Shown piece by piece: positions 48,569 through 61,942 of a stretch of DNA of 64,000 bases. This DNA comes from Vicugna vicugna (taxonomy: Eukaryota). The stretch spans positions 62,001 through 126,000 of the forward strand of contig MU058424.1 in NCBI GenBank assembly GCA_013265495.1, in the 5' to 3' direction. The position numbers were made by a program, and so were the translations under genes. The notes beneath the pieces were generated by a model. It was given only the letters and a program-made list of their open reading frames with translations. It had not been told where the DNA came from and did no database searches. The stretch's first letter is position 1. Each line of letters starts with the position of its first letter.

Positions 48569-51500
48569 GTTACCAAAGTAGATTTTTATGATAAAACTCA
48601 TAAAATGTGTAGGAAAGAGTTTCTTTGCTGAGATATTTTAAATAAAATTGTATCTTTTCTGAGAGGTTAAAAACAAGTGACCTCCAAGGTCACATAGTTG
48701 CAAAACTAAAAATAACTGAGACTTGATTCCATGATCCAAAAATAGTTCGAATTTAAGGGAAGTTTAGAAATTATTTGATCTAGTCTTATTTTCTAGGTTA
48801 GGGGTTTGGGGGGGGTCGGTTTTGGATTCCGTGTCTGCTGTTTTGAGTACATTCTTTGCGTTTTCATCCTATTACAGCAAAGTATTATTTGGATATGTTA
48901 ACTTTGACATGTAAACTTAGAACTGTGAGTAGAATTTATCTTTTAATCCAGTTTTATGTTGGTAAACTTTTTAATCACTGTGTGAACTGTCTTCAGTGTT
49001 GAATTATGCTTTCTTTGGGTTTTACACAATGAGTGGATTTGGAAAACACTCTCCATTTGCAAATATAAAATTGTGTGCAGGTGAAAATTACAAGTGTAGT
49101 CTTGAGTAATAAATACAAAATCTTTTATTGTATAAACTATGTGGGGCCAAGTTGTGCTCTATTTAGTGCTCAGAAAGCAGATTGATTGATTTTTTAATAA
49201 TAACAGTGACTGTACGATGGATATTTCTACCTAAACTTTTTAAATAAGACAAGAAAGCACGCTCAGACAAATTATGATTTTATAATGGGAGACAGGAGTT
49301 CCAGGAAGTCAAAATTCTCCCCAAAATGTGTAAGTTAGGAAAAACAACTTTCTTATCTGATACTCTTGGTGCAAGGCTTTTATTTTTAGGCATATTTTTG
49401 GGATGAAAACTTTTTCTCTCTGACCGAGTCTAGCAAGAACGAGGAGGCTGTCCCACCCCGTGGACTGAGGGAATCATTGTTCCTGTTAAGTTTGAAGGGT
49501 GGAGTCCCTGTCTTTAAAGGGATCTTTTGGAATTCTGTGAATTAAAAGTTGCTGTACAGTGTTGCTTTTAGAAACATCCTGAAGTTATGTGTGTTTTGAA
49601 CATTTTTCAGGAGTTACCAAATAGATATTTTTGATATTAGACTTGACTGAGTTTCTTGATTACAAGGTAATTCTTTGTCAAAAAAAAAAAAAAGTGTTTA
49701 CAGGCTGGGGAGCCTGTGAGCCCTTACAATTATTGTTCTTAAACCCTGTAAGTGGGATTATTCTAAAGAATATGATAAAAATATTTGGTCCATACATTTT
49801 TTAGGCCCAGTAATACATCTTTCTGAAATTTTTCTACCTTATATGAAATTGTATAGATAGAGTATTACTGTTGTAGATGTAGAGTATTGTATACATATAA
49901 AGTGTTAGATGGCATTAGTAAGGTTCTGATATACTGTTTCTTCACAATTGTTTGTATTTTCTTTTAGCGGATACCTATAAATCTTTTCTGATACATCTAT
50001 ATATTTAATTTATTTTGGAAATACACTCATTCCTGGGTTTAAGCATAGCATGTCCTTTTGACAAGAGAAATGGTGTTAGCTGTCTGACCTCTTCCTCCTC
50101 CTCTTAAAGTTATTTCTGGAATGTGCTTAGCCTGTCATAAAGTATCTAATAAAAATAGCTTAATGCCGTATATTTCTAATAAATAAATAGCTTACTGCAG
50201 TGTACTTCTAGTTTGAGTTTAACCACCACTGGGCTTGACAACTTTTTTTCTGTATAATTGTCTGAAGACCAGGTGTGGAGAAGAAAAGAGAGCCTCAGTT
50301 TTTATTTATACCCTCTAAGTGGTGGACTATTTTTTTTAGACTCTCTTTTAAGTAAAATATTTCTATAAAGAAATCCATGTTCATTATATTAGAGAGCATT
50401 TATTATCTTTAAAACAATTAGAATTTCATTAAAAAGTGAAACAAGAAAGTAACATCATGCAAATAATATGAAAACATTTTTTCTAATGAAAATGTAAGTA
50501 CAACTTAGGACAGTGGGCTGTAGAAAAAGCATTTAACATGGGAGTTAGGAATTCGTTATTTTACTGTGGTTTGGGAGTCAATAAGGCACGTGGTTTAATC
50601 TTTGGTCCTCACTTCAAATGAGAATAGTATTTGTTGTAAGTCAGTGCCTGGCACCTAACCTTATTTCAAAAAACAATTCAGCCCCTGCCATACATACGTA
50701 AATTTATTATTATATAATAAATATTGAGTGGATGAATGCTGAATGAAGTTTTTGAGTACAGAATGAAGTGAATATCCTAGTAAAAGTATGATACATGACC
50801 ATAAGCTAATTTCAGGAAATAAATGACCTGTTTGGTAATGAGAGCCATTCTAACCCTTTTTCATCTTAAGTCTCCTGACCTACTTTTAAAAATTTTTATT
50901 TAATGTGGTGTTTGATAATTACATAGGTATTTACTTGAAAATATGTGTTGTTTTTATAATAGAATATGATTTCAAAACTTTTGCTGTTTATTTAAAATAA
51001 GAAAAATAATTAACTGCCAACCATTAAATTGTAAGAGCAGCAGAATTCTTGATCATTAACACAGTTTTAGGGGAAAAGGCAAATTACAACCAATTACAAA
51101 TATTTCATGTTGTCTCAGGCTGCATTTTACTAATTTAGAGGTAACTGTTATTTAGGGTACTTTTTAACATATTTAAATATTGACAAAAAGACAAATATTT
51201 CCAATATAATAAAACCTGCATAGCTAAGAAAATTATAAAAATGGATAGACCGAAGACACATTTTTGACATGTATCTGTGAATCCAACACTTAAGTATTTA
51301 CTATTTGGAAATTATTTCTAGGATAAGAAATTTTATCAGAGAGTAATCCAATAGTATCTTTATAATCATGCTTTTTAAAAAAGAGTATTTGATTAATTTA
51401 ATTTGAGCTCTGCATCACCATCAGCCCAAAATAGAGAAGGTATTTTTCTGATGAGAGAAATACTACACATTGCATTGATTTTTCACAAAGACTGAAACTT

Positions 51501-52690
51501 AGGTTGATTCAGTTCAGTTGAACCGTATATGTGTACATGGGGCACATACAAAACAAGGGAGAGAGATGGAAAGTAATAGTAACAAAAATCGCTCTTATTT
51601 ACTTAGCTCCTACAGAGCTGTAGGCACTGCACAGACTGCTTTACAAACACTGTCTCGTTTGATCTTACTCGTGTTCCTGTTAGGGAGAAGTTGGTTTCTG
51701 TTTGACTGCTGGAGGAAACCAAGTCAGGCTGATCTGGTAACTTGCCTGCAGTCAGCTCCTTAAGAATGCGGTCTGACCTCCAAGCCGGTGAGTCTTTGAC
51801 TGCTACTCTGCCTCGGCATGGAAGTTCTTCATAAAGAGCAGTAGGGTGTGCAGAGAGAGGTGATAATCTGCCTTCACTTTGCCTTAGCCGGACCATTCTT
51901 GGCACGTTATTTTTTATATTGGATGTAGTCACTTTTAGGCATGTTATTTTTTATATTGGATGTAGTCACTTTTAGAAATGCTAGAAACTGTTTAGAGGAG
52001 AGTGAGCAGATGATGAGTGATTATAGTTCTGTTGAAGAGAAATGGCTAGAAGAATATATAGGATGTTTAACTTGGAAAAGCAGAGATCCCTTAACTTGGT
52101 AACATCTCAGAGTTGAGGAATAATTTGGAAGGATCGGACTATTCACACCTGCAGATCAAGGGCCAACAGATTTAAACACATGAAAAGCATACATTTTCTA
52201 ATTGTTTATTTTTCTACAGTGGAATGGACCCAGAGAAAAGTAAGTTCACCTGCTCACTGGAGGCAAGATTCTATTTATCAGGGGTGCTACAGAAGGGATT
52301 CATACAGAAAGTAGGGAGAGTAAAATGGCTTTTTAAGATAGCTTGCAACCCTGTGACTTGACATTCCTAAGCTTGTTATGGCTGATATTTTGTACATGAA
52401 TTGCTGAGTCATGGTGAAGTATTCCTGGCGACTTGCATAGTGATTTTGATACATTTTAAATTTCTGAATAAAAAGTACTTTGAACTCTGTTCCCTTGTTT
52501 CAGAAACAAATTGGAGGTACAGACTTAGTAGGAGATATTTTAAGCTATATAGTGTTAGAGACTACTGCTATTAAAGTATTTAATTGGTTTTTTATTTTGT
52601 GATTCCTTTTACATTAGTGAAGAGAATGTGCATGTGCTTTTCCCCTGTGGATCCACCGGGCAAGCCCTAGCTGTAAGGTTTTTAACGCAG

Positions 52691-52709
52691 TGCCCACTAG
52701 GTGGTGCTA
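52691..52709 (+). promoter_or_regulatory. CTCF-like motif
   Basis: TGCCCACTAGGTGGTGCTA, a close match to the CTCF core in an AT-rich background. Confidence 0.55.
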
Positions 52710-53911
52710 CTGTGCTATATTTCTAGGTGTTTTTGTACTTAAACTTTCTTACTGTCTCAGTTAACATTTTTTTAGTTTTAAGTTTTGATCCACAAAGTAT
52801 TTTATAGCATTCATGTCTGTTTATTATAATGGTTTTTAAGCTGTTTCCTGAATTGTATGAAGCTAAGGTAAATGTTTTAAAAAATCATGTGTTTTGTCCT
52901 CACGTATTAGGTGATTTAACCTAATGTATCTTCCCACGTGACATTCTTTTCTCCGTGGCTTAGTGGCGTAAATCAAGGTCTTTTCCCAAAAGCAGTGAGT
53001 TATGATGATGACAAATTTGAAAACTCATAGAGCATCATGTTGATCACTGTTCTAGGTGTTTTACCCGTGTTGTCTTATGTGCCCCTCACAGTAACTCTGT
53101 GGGACTAGTACTGTTCGTATTTCCACCCTGCACGTGAGGGAACTGAGTATTTTGCCCAAGATAACAAAGTAAGCCGGCTGAGCTGGGATTCAAACTCCAG
53201 AATCCATGTTCACTACTCTCAGTGGGTGGGGGTGGGGGAAGTGGGAGGAAGGGCACAAAGTCTACCTACAAGTTTGTAGTGTTTTAGAAAGAAAAATAAC
53301 CCTGGTGACTGTGGTTATACTGTCTTATAGACGAGGAAAATGAGGCCCACGCTAATTTCGGCTGTTCGAGAGGCAGGTCGTTTTGTCTCTGCCACTGTGT
53401 CTTCCCTTTCTGTTCTGTGATGGTGCCGCAATGTGATATGCATGCGTATTTAAGAATTTAAGGGAGAAAAAAAGGAAACAACCCAGGAGCGGAGTCTTTA
53501 GACAGGTTAATTTACATTGAAATAAAGACCTGTATTTTAATTAGAATGATTGCAGCCACCAGATGGAGGAGCACAGTTGTTTGAAAATTGATACTTAGTT
53601 TCTCCAAGGAAACTTCTATTTGGAAGCAAACTGTTGATTAAATATGGCATACTTTGGATTTTTTTTTAATTTTGACTGAAAAAGCTTAATTTTTTTAAAT
53701 CTATAAATATATGTTTTAGGTACTTTAATGTTTTGTATTCTTTAAGGTATTCTGTAAAATGGAGAGGTTTTTGACTTCTCAAATAATATTATGGGTTCAT
53801 GTCTTTTAAAACTGATTTTTAAGTAAGCCTATTCTTTATAAAAATAAAAGACAGGTTTTTTTTTCCTTTTTAAAAAATTTGTCCAAATATCATGGTTTTA
53901 TTTTGCTTGTA

Positions 53912-53917
53912 AATAAA
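53912..53917 (+). terminator. Candidate distal polyadenylation signal of ALG10
   Basis: AATAAA overlapping an upstream TGTA in a T-rich context, followed ~25 nt later by GT-rich tttgttgtgcctgtgt. One of several AATAAA downstream of the stop. Confidence 0.35.
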
Positions 53918-56900
53918 CTTGTTTTTAAATAATATTTTAGAATTTGTTGTGCCTGTGTAACACATTCTCTTATTCTAAACTGGGTACTAGTACATTTTTT
54001 TTCACTCACTTTGTGCTAGCAGCCATTCCACCCTGTGCAGCACACACCCAATCCTACACTTCATGACAGTCTTCTTGAAATAATAGAACTGAATAATATT
54101 TTTAAGCTTCTATAATGAGTGCCCATCATTAGCCTGGATGACTGCCTTCATTTTATTCTCACAATAGTGGAAAGCAGTTAATCTACGAGCCGATCACCTT
54201 GAACTTATGGATGCTGGGATTTCTTTCTTAGTGCAGTGTTTTCCAAACACTTTACTTGGAAGTACTCAAATCCCAAATTTTGATCCCCGGTGATAAACAG
54301 AAGAGACCCCTGCTTGCCTTTCAGACTTCCAAGTCTTGCTTCCACTGGGCTCTCCCTTGCTTATATGCGGCTCGGAAGTCAGCCGAGGACTCACACACAG
54401 ATCTAGGGGTTCCTCCTCTGTGACTCCTCCTTTCTGGGATTTCCCTTCTTAATCTATAGCTACTCTTGCAGCCCTAAGCTCCATCCTCTCACGCCTCAAA
54501 CCAGTGATACTGCAGTTTTCAGACTAGGGTGTGTCCTCAGGGGGAAAGGTATAAACATGGATCGCCCCCAGTGAGATCTCGCAGTCATCAAATCCTGTCC
54601 GTTTCTTGCCTGCTTTAGTTTGTTCTTCAGTGCCTTCGGATAGATTTTTTTTTTTCCTTTTTAAGTTACTCAATCGGTAGAGCGGTTCATTTGATAAAAG
54701 CTCCTCTGCTGTTACCTGCTTAGGAATCGTGTCTTGATTACAGTTGTCACATGTTTATGTATGGGGAGTTGGGGTTGTTATCTTTGAAGAACTGAAAGGG
54801 AGAGTTCCTAAAATTAGTGGGGCAAGTAAGTTTTTAGAATATTGACTTCTAATATGGTCCTCTAGTAAATCACAGTATTTGTAATTAAACCCATTGACCA
54901 TTTAAGGGCCCCATTATGTGAAAATATTATCAAAATGTACAAAAGAAACTGACTTCCGGCAAGAAGAGCTTCCCTTCCCACTAGGGGCTAACGAATGCCA
55001 AACGCAATGTGATGACCACTGAGGAGGGACGTGGAGTGGGGCTGTTTCTATGGAAGCAGAAGTTGTATCTGGCTGAAATGGCGAAGAACTATTTCATGGG
55101 AAAATTGGCGTGTGAGTTTATACTTTATGGAGATCTGTGAAGACACTGAAAAACATTCCTAGCAGAATAAAAGGATGTGAACTAAAATTGCACAGTAAAA
55201 CTCGCACACTTAGGCAGTAGGTGGCAATAACAGTGGACACTGATGGAGTGTTCGCTATATGCAAGGCACTAGGTCATTTTAAAATATTATTTAAGCGTCA
55301 GAGTAACTGTAAGGCAAATATTATTATTATTCCCATATTGTTATTGAGGAAAGTGAGACACAGGGAATTGAAACCATTTTCAAACTTAAGTAGCTTGGCT
55401 CCAGGCCCTGCCCTCTTAGGAAGGGCACTGTTGCGACTCCATGTGAACGTGTGTGCGTGACAGCCTATGCTTCAAAGGCCCTGAGGTGATTTTCAGGTGG
55501 AAAATAGAAAAAGAACAATGTCCTGCTACACGCAGTGAGGAGCAAGGAGAACACACGTCCCGCACACAGCCCCTGTGGTAGGAGGGCTGGGGGAAAAGAT
55601 GCTGCTGGGGAGAGGATAGCCAGTGTGCACTAGAAAGATGAATCTCTGCGCTCCCTCACTCCCTTAAACCTTGTGGCTGGTGCAGGGACCAGGGAGAAGG
55701 CTACTCCTGATTAGGAACATTAGGGGTTTGAGGTGGCCCCCTGACACATTTGGCCTGAAAGGTTTTGAAGCCAAGAGATGAAGTCTTCTCGGGAGAAGCA
55801 GCAGGCACCACGTCAGGCTTCAGCAGTAGATACTATTATGTGTAATGCTTTACACTAGTTTCTTTTATAACCTGTCAGTCTCTAAAAACATGGTGAAAGA
55901 AGCAAATTTAAATGAAGAAGCCCGTCCTGATTTGGAATGTTAACTCCTGGTAGTGCCTCTGTGCGCGTCGGGTCCTGCAGCTGGATGAAGGGGAGGCCTC
56001 GGGAGAGCCACGTGGAGGAGACGCCTGCCGGGTCTAAGGCAGGAGCTGCAATTAGCCTCGCCTGGAGATGTGTGTCTTGGTCATTGGGCTTTGTCCCTTT
56101 TTAAAATGAAGGGGAAAGTGACACACGAAGGCTTACCAGGCGTTAGCATTCTAGGATCATATGAGAATATCTACATATGTTTCCTCCAACCCCCCAATCA
56201 GCACCTCCCCCACCTCTGCCTCCCAGCCTGTGTGCAAGCACTGCTGGGGCTGATGAGCATAGAACTTTAGGGACATTGTTAGGAAAAGAAAGAAGAAAAT
56301 GAAATAGGAAGACTGAAGGGAAAAAAAGGCTCAACAAGAACAGGTAACGTGGAGAGGAAACCTGTATCGATGACTCATATATCAACGATTCGCTCTCTCC
56401 ATTAAAATATTTCATTTGGAAGACTCACTGCTTATGGAATGCCTACAGAATACTGATATGAAAAGAAAGAATATAATTGGATCAAAGTGAGGCAGCATGG
56501 CACTTGAGTTGAGCTTTGAAAAAGGAGGTGGTGTCCCCAAAGCCACAGATGGGCAGACCAAGAACGGCTTCACTAGAGAAACTCCAGAAATAATGAAATA
56601 CCAAAGAAAGACAATCAATTGGTTAAGAAAGGCCAGGCAAACAAGCGTGTTCATTCACAAATTCCTAGGATTGGCCCCATCCAATGGGGAGTTAGGTATC
56701 ATATAATACTTGTAGGAACTTGTATTTAAAGCCAATTCCTGGAAATCTCAGGATATCCTTCCATTAAATAGAAGTGGCAGGGCATGCTTTCTTTTGGGGT
56801 CAGTATCTATGAAACAAGGTGATGCAGCAGCACTGATCCATGGGCTGATGGTCCCCAGCACAGTATAATCAGAAAAAATATGTATTTAAGCAGGCAACTT

Positions 56901-59900
56901 GCTTTGCTTTTCAACTATTATATATGCAGGTGTGTGTGCGTGTGTGTGTGTGGTTCTGTATGAAGCACTTACTTGAAATCCTAGAGTTATGTAGAATTTG
57001 GTTGGAAAACCATCATTCTTGTTCTCTATATCAGAAAAAAAGCTGACACTCAGAGAAGCTGCTCATTCTAATTCATTTCACAGTCTGCTGACCCAGAAGT
57101 CACTAGATTGTCCACTGCCTGACTCCCATTGGCCTGACTCCCATTGTCATGTTCCACCAGCTCTTCCCCAGTGCCCCTCTCATCTTATTATCATTGATGT
57201 TGTTGCTGTTCATATCATTATTATGATCAAGATGAAACATCCAAGAAATTATATGTTCCTGAAATGCTAGCCCTGCAAGAAGTTTTGGAGTTAACTGCTA
57301 ACACCATCATTTCCTGGGGTTGTAAGGGAACGTGAGAGACCTGCCTGAAATTACATAAATTTTCTGACTGTCTGTCCAGTGTTTCTCTTTGTCTTGTTGC
57401 TTCGCAGTTCAACAGGAGTATTTTGGAGAAACAGGTTTAAGGAAAAGAACTGTATCACGGGAAGTGATTGCACTGATTTTTGATAGTCAGTGTTCAGTTC
57501 ACTCCATTGAGAGACATTATAGTCTGTCGATCAGGTTAAGCGTTAAATCCCACAATGAGAAGTTCTGATTTAAAATCTTAAAAAAAATCCTTATCAATTT
57601 ACTCTGAGAATTAAATAGGCATACGACCATTGTAAAACATGCATTCCCCAAATTAGACTTAATGCTTATCATAACTATTTAGCCCAATTTACTGTACACC
57701 TGTTGCTCAGAGGACTGGACATTATTTTTAATGTTGGACAGATGAATTATTGCTCTATAGACATAGATGAACCAACATTATATCTATCTTCTGTGTTCCT
57801 CAACTTTCAGATCTCTGTCCTCTCAATAGGAAAAATGCACAGCATGTGTACAATTTCCGTTGTACTTAAAGATGTTGGCTTTGTGACTCATCCAGGGCTT
57901 TAACTTTGATTTTACCCCAGAAACAGCACAGCACCTATTAAATGTCCCTCAGCACTACTGAGTTTGCAGTCAAAGTGGAAATAAAATGCCTTCTCTGGGT
58001 TTCAATACCAAACGGAAAATTCATAAAGTAAAAGTTACATTGTAATTTGGCTTCTTTAATGAATGTCAACGATATATACTGAGTTTGCAATTAAAAGACT
58101 TTCTGTCATCTGGGGGACCCTAAATATTGAGTGATGTCTGTGCTGTATTTATGTTCACTTTCCTCCCCATTAATAATAAAGTGTTTCCAGCTGGGAGTAA
58201 GTGTGGCCACAACTTTTGCTTAGTTTCATTTGGGATTCCAGGATCTAAGCTTTTCTCTCTGGCTCTGTGTGTGTCTTGTATTACAATCTCATACTGCCTG
58301 TCTGCTTTGGGAAGATACTTTATCCACAGTCTTATTTATTATATATTCAAGTTCTAGAAAAAGATGTGAAATACAAAGAATATCAAATAGATGGATTGTA
58401 ATGTTTGGGAGGCATTTAAAAATTTTAAAGAATACATGTAGGTTTTCTTTGTGTGTATGACAAAAAGAGTTATAAATTAAAAGAGTCAGTTGTTTTCAAC
58501 TGCCACGTTGATTCATCACTTGAAAACTGAGTCTCCTTTAAGCCTGGGATTCTGTGAAGCATCTCTAGTAGACTTAAAAAGACGTGACCAATGAATTTTT
58601 TCTACTCTGTTCACCTCCAGGTCCATTACCTCTATAGGTTAGTATTCAGATGCATGAAAGACAACCCCCCAAGTTTCCGTGACCTCACAGTGTTGAGCCT
58701 TCTGTACAAATAAAACGTGAACCTGAACACGATGCCCTAGGGAAGATCTTGAGTCTCAAAAGCAAAAGAAGTGGCTTCCTTTCTCTTAATGTCTTTTCCT
58801 GTAAGTCAGGGATGAAACAGCACATCCCGTGCAGAAAGAATGAAAGCCTCAAACTGTATTCAGGAAAAGATACACATACATACTATATGTATGTAGGTAT
58901 ATATAGATAGATAGGTAGAAGATATATAGATATATATCATATCATAACATTCCTCTTCTTTTTTTAACTCTTGTGAATTATTACTTAAAACTGGTATATC
59001 AGTTATGCTTATTCCATTTTTGTTATGAAAGTTTACCCAGTGGACTGTGTTTTATGTTTCTTTACTAAATAGACAATTCAGTTAAGTTCATCTAGATCTC
59101 TATTTATCCAAAATCAATTTTCTCTACTGGGATTAAATAAAAATAAAAAACTTGAAATATATGTAACTATACTTTGTCATAGAGAATAAAAAAGTTGGCA
59201 TCCGCCATCATCTGACGGGTTTAGTGGCCACTCCCTGTCCACATTACCTGTTTCTACAGTCTTTATACTTCCTGTTTTGAGGGCTGTCATCAGGTGAAGG
59301 TGGTGCCTTGGTTACAAATGCATTGGAAAAAAAAAAAAGAATGGATAAAGATGGGGTTTTTTTCCCCCAAATGTGGTTACATAAAAATTTAGAGAAAAAG
59401 TCTTTTTTTTCAATAAAATATGTAACTCTTTATCCAAAAAAAAGGTCAATTGATTGCATTTCTTCCCTCACCATAGGTAGGACATGGGCAAAGAGAGACA
59501 ATCAGAAGCAAGAATAAAACCTAAGTACAGCGGCCCCTACTTTCATTTAAAACATCAAATCATATCACTCTTTGTTAATTAATCAACCTCATTTGTGTGG
59601 TTTCCAGGAGCTGCTGTAATTCACCTGACCACTGGGAACCTGGACGGGCTGCCTGCAGTCCACAGCTGAGCTTCTTGGGCACCACAGAGTCACTGCTTCA
59701 GAGGCAGGAGGATGGCTTCGCCCCCAGCAGCTGTATTCAACACCTCACTGGGGCACAAACGGTGATTCCTTGATGACACATTTTCATAATTTTCTAAATG
59801 TATTTGAAGCAGTTTCATGGTGACATATAATCACACCTTTCTAACTCTCTGGGACATCACGGGCAGGTCCTTCTTTATGCCCTAAAATGTAGAGTCAAAA

Positions 59901-60442
59901 AGCTAACGCCTTATTTCTGGGCGAGGAAGGAATTCAGGAATTTGGTGCACACTGCATGATTCTACCTTTGCTGCAATCTGCATAATTATATTTTCTGTGA
60001 AGGAATACGCCTTGCTTAAGAATAATGGTCATAGATTATTAATCCTGTTTGTTTCCTGTGAAAAGAAAGGAACGTCCCAGGTCAGAGCTCAGTTGTCTCT
60101 ACTTTGAGAGCTTCTGAGGATTTCCCCCAACAGCAGGAACGTCCTTGCCTTGGGGACCTGATGCTCACCAGCCTTGGTGTCCCTGAACGAGACCCCACCT
60201 CAGCCTGCACTGACACTTCATTTTGTTGCCTTCATTAGTGTTTCCTGTTAAGAAGACTTGATCCTGCAGTCCCATGGCCTCATCAGGCTGTCACCTGCAG
60301 AGAAAAGTTACTGATCACATTTAGGTTCAGTACAAAAAGCAGAGCTTAGGTGACAACTGGGTTTACGTTCTAGGTCTGCCACCTACTAGACACATGCCTA
60401 TGCCAGTCACTAACCCCTCTAAGCCTTCATTTCCTTGTCTTT

Positions 60443-60934
60443 TATTGAAGTATAGTCAATTTATGATGTTGTGTTAATTTCTGGTGTGCAGCATAGTGAT
60501 TCAGTTATACATAAATATATATATATATTTATATATTATATATATATATTCTGTTTCATATTCTTCTTCATTATACACTATTACAAGGTGTTGAATACAG
60601 TTCCCTGTGCTTTACAGTAGGACCTTGTTGTTTATCTATTTTATATATAGTAGTTAGTATCTACAATCTCGAACTCCCAATTTATCCCCCCTGATCCCCA
60701 TTTCCCCCTAGTAACCATAAGTTTGTTTCCTATGTCTGTGAGTTTATCTCTGTTTTGTAAATAAGTACATTTGTGACCTTTTTTAAAGATTCCACATATA
60801 AGTGATATTATATGGTATTTCTCCTTTTTCTTTCTGGCTTACTTCATTTAGCATGATAATCTCCAGGTCCATCTATGTTGCTGCAGATGGCATCATTTTA
60901 TTCTTTTCATGGCTGAGTAGTATTCCATTGTATA
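60443..60934 (-). mobile_element. Lineage-type LINE-1 3' end inserted into a MIR
   Basis: ttattgaagtatagtcaattt..ggctgagtagtattccattgtata; perfect 15-bp TSD catttccttgtcttt at 60428-60442 and 60935-60949; MIR-like sequence on both flanks. Confidence 0.93.
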
Positions 60935-61112
60935 CATTTCCTTGTCTTTAAAATGAGGATAGTGCCTGTCTGTGGTACAATGAGGGTAAATTATTACCTA
61001 GTGTTTCTCAAGTGTTAATCTGCATAATAATCACTTGGTAGATCTTTAACAAGCTCACAGTTGATCCCTAACATTGCTGGGTCATGGATCACACTTTGAA
61101 TGGTGGCAAAAT

Positions 61113-61667
61113 TGTAACTGATGACTGAATATACGAACAGCTAATAGCCAACCATATATAAAAATAGAACTTTGACACACAACCTGCAGCAGCCTGCCCA
61201 GGAGACCAGCCCCTTACCTTCACTAGGCGGCCCAGGAAGCCAGCCAACAAAGTCAGGCCTGGAGGAAGTCAGAGTGCTATCTTTAGTAATAATTCAGGAA
61301 GCCAAACAACAACTTCTGCAGCAATCAGACCAAAATGGTTAGGACATGATCAGTAGCTGATAGCCTCTGCAGTTTTTGCCTAGACTTCCAATTTAGGACC
61401 TACCAGACAAAGCCAAATACACATCCCTAACCAATCACGTGGGTGTGCCATTTCTAGTTGGCCCACCTACAGCATCCATGTGCCAAGAGCCTCCAGTCAG
61501 GCCATCCCCGAAGCCTTCCCTGTTTCCCCTATAAAAGCGTTTCTACTTCTCGGCCTGCTTGTGAGTCTCTGCCAAAATGCAAGTGATGGTGGCCGACTCC
61601 CTCGCAAGCAAGCTCTGAATAAAAAGCCCTTGCTCGTTCTCATTTGGTTGGTCTTCATTTCTATACA
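61113..61667 (+). mobile_element. MER77-like solo LTR
   Basis: aggaagccaaacaac..ttccaatttaggacctaccagacaaagccaaat..ccctaaccaatcac..ctataaaagc..gagtctctgccaaaatgcaagtgatggtggc..aagctctgaataaa; TG...CA ends. Confidence 0.82.
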
Positions 61668-61907
61668 AGTGACACATGAAAAGTGCCTGCTACTCAGTGC
61701 GGGCACAGCAGGTCACAGCGCTGGGCTTTAGAAGGCAGTGGAGCTGGAGGCTTCTCTCCTCACCTTGGAGGAGGTCTTCACCCTCCAGCTTTTCACCTCC
61801 TACTTTCCCAGAAGGGCGGCTTCCTGGTCCCATTAAAGTTCACACAACCTCTGCCTAGTCCTCCTTTCCATGGTGATTCCTTCTCTTGTATTGGAAGGAG
61901 CTCATCT

Positions 61908-61942
61908 GTTTTGCTTTGCTTTGCTTTGCTTTGCTTTGCTTT
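61908..61942. repeat. (CTTTG)n microsatellite
   Basis: Direct reading of ttgctttgctttgct... Confidence 0.9.

Noticed and set aside
57116..57148. Short tandem repeat gcctgactcccattg x2
   Set aside because: Ordinary slippage duplication.
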